From Eledone cirrhosa (lineage: Eukaryota), in assembly GCA_964016885.1 (NCBI GenBank), contig OZ024742.1, forward strand, positions 71,176,001 through 71,240,000: a DNA stretch of 64,000 nt. Direction: 5' to 3'. Shown in pieces: positions 11,335 to 20,565 of the stretch (positions within the stretch are counted from its first letter, which is position 1; every line of letters starts with the position of its first letter). The notes below the pieces were generated by a model. The model saw only the letters and a program-made list of their open reading frames with translations. It had not been told where the DNA came from and did no database searches. The position numbers were made by a program, and so were the translations under genes.

Positions 11335-12960
11335 TTGCTCCTACTTGTATCTGGAATTACTCACTAAACTCACACTTTACTGACAACACCCCTGTACCTA
11401 GCTTGCACTGTCCTCACAAGCCATTCCTCTACACCTAGTTTCCTTAGGGACCACCAATGACAGATTGGGGTACTCTATCAAAGGCTTGCTCTAGGTCAAC
11501 AAAAGCTAAGTATAAATACTGTTTTTATGTCTATTTTCCATGCTTGCATCTCTCCACTTGACACATTCCTTCATCATCTCCCCTGTGAGTCTTAGTGATA
11601 TGAGATTAGCTCTCACCACCTTTCCCAAGGTCTTCTTTGGTCTACCTCTACTGTGGCTTCCCTCCACTGGGATTTCCTGGTGCTTCTTCACCTAACGATC
11701 GTCATCCATGCGCATCACATGTCCGTACCAATGCAGTTTTCTCTCTTGCACACCAGTTCAGATTCTTCTTAAACCCAGTTTCTTCATCCAAACTCTGCCT
11801 TTCTCTCACATTTACATTGCACATCCAACAAAGCATGGCTGCTTCATTTCTCTCCAGTCTACAAATGTCCTCTGCAGTCACTGCCCAAGTTTCACTACTC
11901 TGCAGCATCGCACATAGGCGTCATGCAGTTATCCTTTTGTACATAGGGAAAAATCTTTTGTCGTTAATAGTGGAAGTAGCTCTCTAAACTTCTTCCATCT
12001 TATCCTTATTCTAGTTATTAAGCTCTCAGAGCATCCTCCTTCGCTGCTAATTAGGTCACCCAGATAGCAGGAGCTATCAACCACTTCTATGGATTCTTCC
12101 TGTGATTGAAAAAGGTTTTCTAGCACTAGTTTTGGCTAAGTTGACTTTCAGACCTTTTGGGGATAGTCTCTCCTCTTCTCATTCATTCTATGCATTCATC
12201 AGTCTTTCATAGTAACATTTCTAGTCCTCTTTCTTTTGAGTATCAGTGATGTGAAGTGCACTGGAGTCATTTCTAACACACTTTTCCCCAACTATATTCT
12301 GATTCCCACTGACACACTGCCTTGTGATGTGGAACATTTTACATCTCTGGTCCTCACATCGCAAGACATTGGCAAACTTTCTTTTTTCAGCCTCTCTCCA
12401 AGCTCTATATACATGGTCTCTGCTACCCCAATTTTTCCAGATTTTTCATGCCTGCTCCTACGCTTTAATGGCTCTATCCACTATACTGTTCGATCACTAG
12501 ATCACCCTCTGCATGTCTGGCTGGTGCTTTGCTCCAGCCACATGTCTCATCAATAATTCTCAAAAGGAATTTCCAGTTGTCCAATATGTTATATGTATCT
12601 AGCTTCTCCTCTTTCATCAAATGCATTCTATAGGGCTTTCTAAACCTATATTTAACCAAAAGGTCCTTTAGCTTCCAAACCCTCCATCTCAATGTTTTCC
12701 TGCATATCTTGTTTTGTCTTGTATTGACTCTGATGTCACTAGTAACTAGCTTGTGTTGGGCAGCACATTTTTCCTTGAGGAAGGCTTTAGCATTTATTAC
12801 AGTCCATTTATCTTCTTGTCTTACAAGAAATCAATTTGGCTTGTGTATTCGCCTGATTGGTATGTGATCAGATGGCTAGTTGGTTTCCTGAAATTTGTGT
12901 TGCGAATGGTTAATTCATTTGCATCACAGAATTCTCAGAGCCTCATTCCCTCTGATCATC
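11335..12960 (-). mobile_element. Decayed, internally deleted RTE LINE fragments
   Basis: Minus-strand pieces homologous to 17692-18928 (FDRVP, YLGD..GGCSE, SETWAVTAED, RGRPKKT) plus endonuclease-region remnants. Confidence 0.8.
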
Positions 12961-13144
12961 TTTCCAACAATTTGATGACCTAATTTTTGGTAAAGATGAA
13001 TAATTGGTCAATGTCAGATTCTCTCCAGAGTCTCATGGCCAGGCTGTATTGCTCAAACTACATGGGGGCCCAGGTCTGCATAAATACTTGTCTGTCTCTT
13101 CTCTGCTTTCTTTCCTCAATCTATGCTTGCTCCCCTTTGGTAGG

Positions 13145-13400
13145 TAACATCTTCTGTCTACTCTTAGGTCTCCTGCCAATTGGTTTTTGCCATAAAAATC
13201 TGCCCAGTGATTCTTTACTGAGACATTCTAACTACATGCCCGTAGTATTGGAGCTGTCATCTCTTGAGCAAGATGGTTGGAATGGTTGGATGACATCCAT
13301 GAGCTTGGCTGGTCTTGCTTGGAGACAGGACCCTCTGGAAGGAGTATTTGAGGACTCTGCATCTATGACCCTCCCAGGAATAAATAGGCGAAGAAGTAAT
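13145..13400 (+). mobile_element. Short RTE LINE 3' end (GAA-tail family) with inverted 5' part
   Basis: 13270-13395 matches 24975-25115 in sense; about 13145-13268 matches 24860-24970 in antisense. Confidence 0.7.
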
Positions 13401-13562
13401 AGATGTGTGTATGCATTGATTTTTTTACAGCATTTGTGTTTTAATTTCAAGCTATCTATATTGTTGGCATATTTATTTTTGAAAAAATGTGAACTTTGCT
13501 ATTGTGTAATTTCATGTACATCATTTATTTCGATATAATAAAGAGGAGTTAAATAATTAATA

Positions 13563-14200
13563 ATGAGTTTCTAATTTAGGCAAAAGGTCAGTAATCTAGA
13601 GAGGAAGATCAATTAAACAAACACCAATACATGACTGGTACTTTATTTTATTGACTCTCAAAATGATGAAAGGTCAGGTTGACCTAGGCAAGATTTGAAT
13701 TTAGAATAAATACCACAATAGTGTTTTATCCGACGCTCTACCTATTCTGCCAAACCACCGTCCTTATTGTGTGAATTTAATAATGGTTTCTCATTTAGGC
13801 TCAAGGCCAGCAATTTTTTTTTGGGGGGGGGGGGGGGGGCAATCAAATCGACTCAGTGCGTCACTGGAAATCTATTTTATTGACCCTCAGGCAAAGCTAA
13901 TCACGGCGGAATTTGAACTCAGAATGTAAAGGGACGTAACTATATGCAGCAAGGCATATTGTCCGACGCGCTACCGATTCTGCCAATCCACCACCCTTAT
14001 TATGTGTATTTAATAATTGTTTCTACTTTTGGCATATTTAATAATGATTAGAGATTTAGGTACAAGGCCAGCAATTTTGGGAGAGGGGGGGAAAGTCGAT
14101 TGAATCGATCCCAATGCGTTACTGGTACTTTATTTTATCGATCCCGTATGGATGAAAGGCAAAGCTAACCTCGGAGGAAATGACTCAGTGTGTGTATTTA
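13563..14200 (-). mobile_element. Stack of family-A SINEs (3 near-complete copies and 1 stub), all on the minus strand
   Basis: Repeated ctggtactttattttat.gaccc...gatgaaaggcaaag...; copies separated by a recurring gtg(a/t)atttaataat target motif. Confidence 0.85.
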
Positions 14201-14650
14201 ATAATGAAAATATTATCGGAGTACTCTTTCACTTTTTAGGGCTGAAAGTTTCAGTATTGAATTCTTTTAATGTATTACAGTCTGCTTTCGGGGCAATCTT
14301 TATACAAATCTCTATACAAATCTAGAATTTCTGACGCAAGAGTGTAAACAAAAAAAACAAAACACTAACAAACGAACTAAAACAGAAGTAAATGTTTACC
14401 GAAGTATTAGTAACCTCCATATATTTATGTGACGTATTAAAGTTTTAAACAAGATTTGTAGGATTTTATTTATCTTTAATATAGGTTTTATATGCTGTGA
14501 CCCAAGCATGTTATTTTTATAATTATACTCAAGTAATTGAACCATAATTGTCGAAATTTAAACAGAAAACAACAGAGAATACAGGTACACTAAATTCCAC
14601 GCTACATTATACACACACACACACATACATACATATAAATATTTTCCACA

Positions 14651-14827
14651 GAAATCATATTTGAAGCATGGTGTTTACATTCTAATGTATTAAGTACCTT
14701 ACTTACTGTGGTTACCCCCGATTGGTGTGTGTGTGTGTAAGTCCTGGGTTCAATCGGGGGTAACCACAGTAAGTAAGGTACTTAATACATTAGTAGAGTG
14801 TAAACACCATGCTTCAAATAGGATTTC
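14651..14827. repeat. Inverted repeat, about 75-bp arms, 26-bp (GT)n-containing loop
   Basis: gaaatcatatttgaagcatggtgtttaca...cttactgtggttacccccgattg versus caatcgggggtaaccacagtaag...tgtaaacaccatgcttcaaataggatttc; flanked by (CA)n and (TA)n(GA)n. Confidence 0.93.
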
Positions 14828-14873
14828 TTTTGAAACAATTCTAGTCCTGTAGGAGCCACTTCTATATTAAACA

Positions 14874-14929
<56 letters not shown>

Positions 14930-15754
14930 GCAGAAAGGTAGAGATCATAGAGGGAGCATTAAGAGTAAGTTGACAGAGAAAGCAAAGATAAGAAATATCT
15001 AAAAACTACGACTGAGTTTTATTTAAGTGACATGATCTCACTATGAAATTGTTATTCCTATTTAAAAGATTGATACAAACTTGTCTGCTATTGCGCAAGA
15101 AATAATTATTTATGTGAAAATAAAAACACACCGGATTTTGTCTGGACATAACAAATATAAAAACAAAACGAAAGGAGTAATATAAGGAAAACGAATGACA
15201 TTTATAAATAGGGGAACAGGAAATGGAATTTAAAATCAAATTTACTTACGAGTTTTGTATGTTGAAGACAACATCAACAACAATGAATGTATCTATGTGT
15301 ATATGAATAAAAACCTGCTATATAACATCACTACAATGTTACAATAAGTAAATATAAATGCGAAGTTTGTCGTATCACAAATGAAGCTGTTATCTTTATA
15401 CTTGATAAATAAATTGTTATCGCTGCAGCTATTGGCCGACAAAAGATACGTCATCAAAATATTCTCAGTGCTTTTGACTTTTGATACTGCTCGCTCTTCA
15501 TGTAATATGTATACATACATACCTGCATGCACGCTCGCACGCACGCACGCATGCACGCCTGAATGTATGTATGTATTATTTACTCCTAGAATTCAATTTC
15601 ACTATTGGTTAAAAAGTGTAAATTAACATAATAATAGGTATATTTTACTCACTTTTACTTGTCTGGCAAATCCATTCGAGCTCATATGTCATTCAGCTTT
15701 TCTTTTTAGCTTCATGAATACAGGTTAAGAAAGTAACTCGTTTAGACTTTCCCT

Positions 15755-16075
15755 GGTTTCAGTCATTAGCCTGCAGGCCTTGCTGGAGCCCCAGTTTCAC
15801 TAGTTTCTGTTATTAGATTGTAATCATGCAGGGGCAACCCCTTAACGAGAGTATGTCAATCATATTGTTCCAAATACTATTTTTTTCAAGTCTGGTACTT
15901 ATTTTATCGATCTCTATTTGTTAAACTGATAAGTTACGGAACATAGACATGAACACCATGCAAACTGATGTCTGCAGTAGAAGATACTTATATAACGTGC
16001 TACATGGTAGGAGTGGACCGGAAACCATATGTTTGCAAAGCAACCTCCTTAATCACTCATCCATACCAGCATCTG
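15755..16075 (-). mobile_element. Diverged CORE-type tRNA SINE
   Basis: tggtacttattttatcgatc...aagttacggaac body; CORE-like gtagaagatactt and tRNA-like head at 16010-16075 on the minus strand. Confidence 0.65.
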
Positions 16076-16088
16076 TTACAAAACCTCC

Positions 16089-17242
16089 TTAACCACACAG
16101 TTATACCTGTACCTGTGTAGTAAAGAGAGCTATTTAACTACACAGTTATACCTGTACCTATGTAGTGATGAGAGCACTTTAACCACAAAGTTATACCTGC
16201 ACCTATGTAGTGAAGAGAACTCTTTAATCACACAGTTATACCTGCACCTATGTAGTGAAGAGAACTCTTTAATCACACAGTTATACCTGCACCTATGTAG
16301 TGAAGAGAACTCTTTAACCACACAGTTATACCTGCACCTATGTAGTGAAGAGAACTCTTTAACCACAAAGTTATACCTGCACCTATGTAGTGAAGAGAAC
16401 TCTTTAATCACACAATTATACCTGCACCTATGTAGTGAAGAGAGCTCTTTAATCACACAGTTATACCTGCACCTATGTAGTGAAGAGAGCTCTTTAACCA
16501 CACAGTTATACCTGCACCTATGTAGTGAAGAGAGCTCTTTAACCACACAGTTATACTTGCACCTATGTAGTGAAGAGAACTCTTTAATCACACAGTTATA
16601 CCTGCACTTATGTAGTGAAGAGAACTCTTTAACCACACAGTTATACCTGTACCTATGTAGTAAAGAGAGCTCTTTAACCACACAGTTATACCTGCACCTA
16701 TGTAGTGAAGAGAGCTCTTTAACCACACAGTTATACTTGCACCTATGTAGTGATGAGAGCTATTTAACTACACAGTTATACCTGTACCTATGTAGTGAAG
16801 AGAGCTCTTTAACCACACAGTTATACTTGCACCTATGTAGTGATGAGAACTCTTTAACCACACAGTTATACCTGTACCTATGTAGTAAAGAGAGCTCTTT
16901 AACCACACAGTTATACCTGCACCTATGTCGTGAAGAGAGCTCTTTAACCACACAGTTATACCTGTACCTATGTAGTAAAGAGAGCTATTTAACTACACAG
17001 TTATACCTGTACCTATGTAGTGAAGAGAACTCTTTAACCACACAGTTATACCTGTACCTATGTAGTAAAGAGAGCTATTTAACTACACAGTTATACCTGT
17101 ACCTATGTAGTAAAGAGAGCTCTTTAACCACACAGTTATACCTGTACCTATGTAGTAAAGAGAGTTCTTTAACCACACAGTTATCCTTGTACCTATGTAG
17201 TGAAGGGAACTCTTTAATCACACAGTTATACTTGCACTTATA
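16089..17242. repeat. 45-bp minisatellite, about 26 copies
   Basis: Unit ttaaccacacagttatacctgcacctatgtagtgaagagagctct with few variant positions. Confidence 0.98.
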
Positions 17243-17669
17243 TGTACAATATATACACCAGCAATACAAAATGAGTTTTAAAAATATAAGACCTACTTAC
17301 TTCCTCTATTACACATTATATGAATGAAAACTGTTTGTTATTTCTAAAAGATATTTAAGGCAACCCAAAGAAGTGACAGCATTATTGAGGTGATAGCGAG
17401 CTAGAGGTGTTGGAATAGTCAGTTAACCCCCAGAAGCATAACCTGATACCTCTGTAAAATGATACACCAACATTATGAACGAGTTTCTCCGAATGTGTTT
17501 GATCTTCAGTTGAAGTATATAGACAAATTACTTCAGTATCATATCCTCTAGGTATACAGCAGGTGTCTCAAACACATTGACTTTAAAGGGCCAATATGTT
17601 CTGGGGAAGAGGCACAGTGGGTAAAAAGTGAGATGAAGACAATATCAACAACAATGAATGTATTTATGT

Positions 17670-18928
17670 CATCATCATCATCATCATCATTTTACGTCCG
17701 CTTTTCCCTGCTTGCAAGGGTGGGACGGGTCTTATTCAGCACAGCATCTCTCCACTCGTCACGGTCCCTCGTCATCTCCACCGTGAGCTTCAATGATTTG
17801 AGGTCTGTTCTCACCACCTCCGCCCATGTTTTTCGTGGTCTACCTCTACCACGTCTTCCTTCAACTGGCATTTCCTGGCACTTCTTCACCCATCGGTCAT
17901 CCTCCATGCGCATCACATGTCCATACCACCTCAGTCTCCTCTCCCGTACACTACATTCTATCCCTCTCAGACACAGTTTCTCTCTCAACACATTTATGCT
18001 GGGTCGTTCACGCACATTTACACTGCACATCCAACGGAGCATGCTTGCCTCATTTCTCTCCAGCCGTCGCATATCTTCTGCGGTAGCTGCCCATGTCTCA
18101 CTACCATGCAGCATCGCGCTCCTCACACAGGCATCATACAACCGGCCTTTCGTACGCAGGGAGAAACCCTTCTTCGTCAACAGAGGAAGCAGCTCCCTAA
18201 ACTTCTTCCAACCCGTCCTTATTCTAGATACTATGGCCTCGGAACACCCTCCTCCCATGCTAATCTGATCTCCTAGGTACCGGAAGCTATCCACCACTTC
18301 TATAGCGCCCTCTCGCATTTGAAAAATGTGTCTATCAGTGCGACTTCTACTGTCTAATTTCCCTGTACATCTACTGCATACATATTTCTCCCTACCTGTT
18401 AGTTTGCCTGCTATCCCGCTACATCTCTTGTGTACCCAGGACCTACATTGTGTGCATTTTATAGAATTTATGCCAGTTCCTTTTCTGCATATCGAACATG
18501 GCCATTTCCCTGACGGAATCAGGGTTTTGTCCTCTTTTCTACTCATCAACACTTTTGTCTTAGCTAGATTTACTCTCAGTCCTCTTGCTTCCAACTGCTG
18601 TTTCCATAGCCGGAATTTATTCTCTAGCTCCTCTACTGATTCTGCCATAAGAGCCAGATCGTCAGCATAGAGAAGTTCCCATGGACAGCCAGTCTTAAAC
18701 TCCTCTGTTATGGCTTGGAGGACTATAATGAACAAGAGCGGGCTGAGGACCGAACCCTGATGTACTCCTACTTGTATCTGGAATTCCTCACTAAACTCCA
18801 TTCCTACCCTGACTTTACTGAGAGTACCTCTGTACAAAGTTTGCACTGTCCTTACAAGCCATTCCTCAACACCCAGCTTCCTTAGGGACCACCAGATGAC
18901 AGATCGGGGTACCCTATCAAAGGCCTTC
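17670..18928 (-). mobile_element. Young 5'-truncated RTE-clade LINE with (ATG)n tail
   Basis: Uninterrupted ORF; (CAT)n at 17670-17690; imperfect TSD tttatgt / tctatgt; empty site visible in duplication unit A near 15290. Confidence 0.93.
17692..18927 (-). CDS. RTE LINE reverse transcriptase C-terminal part with internal C4HC3 (PHD-type) finger; 5'-partial
   Basis: KAFDRVP, GVHQGSVLSPLLF, LLYADDL, CSIC..CTQC..HKRC..CSRC, FRYLG, LHGSETW, LRWYGHVMRM, RGRPRKTW. Confidence 0.9.
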   Translation of the reverse strand, partial: KAFDRVPRSVIWWSLRKLGVEEWLVRTVQTLYRGTLSKVRVGMEFSEEFQIQVGVHQGSVLSPLLFIIVLQAITEEFKTGCPWELLYADDLALMAESVEELENKFRLWKQQLEARGLRVNLAKTKVLMSRKEDKTLIPSGKWPCSICRKGTGINSIKCTQCRSWVHKRCSGIAGKLTGREKYVCSRCTGKLDSRSRTDRHIFQMREGAIEVVDSFRYLGDQISMGGGCSEAIVSRIRTGWKKFRELLPLLTKKGFSLRTKGRLYDACVRSAMLHGSETWAATAEDMRRLERNEASMLRWMCSVNVRERPSINVLREKLCLRGIECSVRERRLRWYGHVMRMEDDRWVKKCQEMPVEGRRGRGRPRKTWAEVVRTDLKSLKLTVEMTRDRDEWRDAVLNKTRPTLASREKRT

Positions 18929-18979
18929 TCTATGTGTATATGTATAAAAACCTGCTATATAACATCACTACAATGTTGC

Positions 18980-18982
<3 letters not shown>

Positions 18983-19019
<37 letters not shown>

Positions 19020-19070
19020 GTTTAACGTCCCTGTTCCACGCTTGCATCGGTTTGGACGGGGGTTTTCCCA
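18983..19070 (-). mobile_element. RTE-type 3'-end stub with (ATG)n tail (similar stubs at 20157-20208 and about 26390-26430)
   Basis: (cat)n-cgtttaacgtccctgttccacgcttgcatcggtttggacggg; absent from the paralogous position near 15345. Confidence 0.75.
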
Positions 19071-19282
19071 CTTATGTAAATATAAATGTGAAGTTTTGTT
19101 GTGTCACAAATTAAGCTTGTATTTTTATACTTGATAAATAAATTGTTATCATTGCAGCTATTGGGTGACAAAAAGTTGCACGTCATCAAAATATTTTCAG
19201 TGCTTTTGACTTTTGACTCTGCCCACTCTTCATGTAATATGCATGCATGCACGCATGTATGTATGTGTGTGTGTGTATGTCT

Positions 19283-20060
19283 GTATCACAATGAAGACCA
19301 GGTGAGAGTGTATGCTGCATGTGTACTGTTAGCTTTGCTGTATGCGTGTGAGATATGGGTTGCCTACAAACAGCATATCCAAAGACAGGAACAATTTCAC
19401 TAGCAGTGTCTCAGAAAGATGCTCGGTATCAAGTGGCATATGCATGTGAGTGATGTTGTGGTCCTTAAGAGAAGTGAGTGTTGGGCATTGAGAGTATCAT
19501 CCACCAATGGGGTTTGTGATGGAGCGTACACCTGCAGAATGGAGGATGATCGAATCCCAAAACAACTTTTGTATGGCGAGCTTTGTAAGGGTAAGAGACC
19601 ACATCACAAGCCAAGGTTGTGATTGTCTAAAGGACTCATTGAAAAAAACTGGTTTGATGGTGGCTGACTATGAGATAGAAGCTCTTGAAAGAGAAACTTG
19701 GTGTGGAATGGTGAATGATGGGGTCCATAATTTTGAGGACGCATAGAGCACAAGAAGGTCAAACGGGATGTGCGTAAGCAATGCCCGGGTGTATCTCTTG
19801 AAACAATCGTTGTCTCCATTGAATTGAAGTGCCCTGAGTGGGGAAAGATTTGCTTGAGCAAATCTCGTCTCAGAAGCCACAGTCACAGCCAATGTACAAA
19901 GAGAACCAGTGAACTATGATCTCCTCAGTATTGGGAAGGTTCACAGGCAACCTGATGCAAGACTTGAGGCCAGAGAGATCCATAGTTGTCATCAATGTGT
20001 GAAAGAGTACAAGTCTCTAGCAGGCTTGAAAAGCCATATCCGAGCGTCCCACATCTGAAT
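19283..20060 (+). mobile_element. Decayed RTE/BovB-like LINE C-terminus with C2H2 fingers
   Basis: LLYACEIW, RMEDDRIPKQLLYGEL, KCPEWGKIC..LRSH, CVKEYKSLAGLKSHIRASH; stops and frameshifts. Confidence 0.8.
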
Positions 20061-20104
20061 CTGACAAGCGATTGCAATACTCTTACTAGAGTTTGCAGCC
20101 ATCA

Positions 20105-20565
20105 TGTATGTAAATATGTATGTATGTGCATGTTTGTATGTGTGTAGGTATGTATGCATCATCATTATCATCATCATTTTACGTCCGCTTTTCCCTGCTT
20201 GAAAGGGTGCATGTATATAAATATGTATGTATGAATGTATGTGTGTATGTATGTATGTAATGTATGTATGTGTGTCTGTGTGTGTGTATATATGTATGTA
20301 TATATGTATGTGTGTGTGTATGTATGTTTGTTTCTTTGTGTGTATGTGTATCTGTGTGTATGTATATATGTACGTATGTATGTACATACGTATGTTTGTA
20401 TGTATGAAAATATGTATGTATGCGTGTCTGTGTGTGTACGTATGAATGTATGTATGTGTGTATGTACGTATGTATATTTGTGTGTATGTATGTATGTTTG
20501 TGTGTATGTATGTATGTATGTGTGTGTGTGTATGCCTGTATGTATGTATGTATGTATGTATGTAT
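20105..20565. repeat. (TATG/TG)n microsatellite
   Basis: Direct reading. Confidence 0.95.

Noticed and set aside
16089-17242. CRISPR-like array or Cys-rich repeat protein ORFs (16130-16726, 16557-17327)
   Set aside because: Head-to-tail 45-bp units without unique spacers, no cas genes, eukaryotic context; ORFs stay open only because the unit is a multiple of 3
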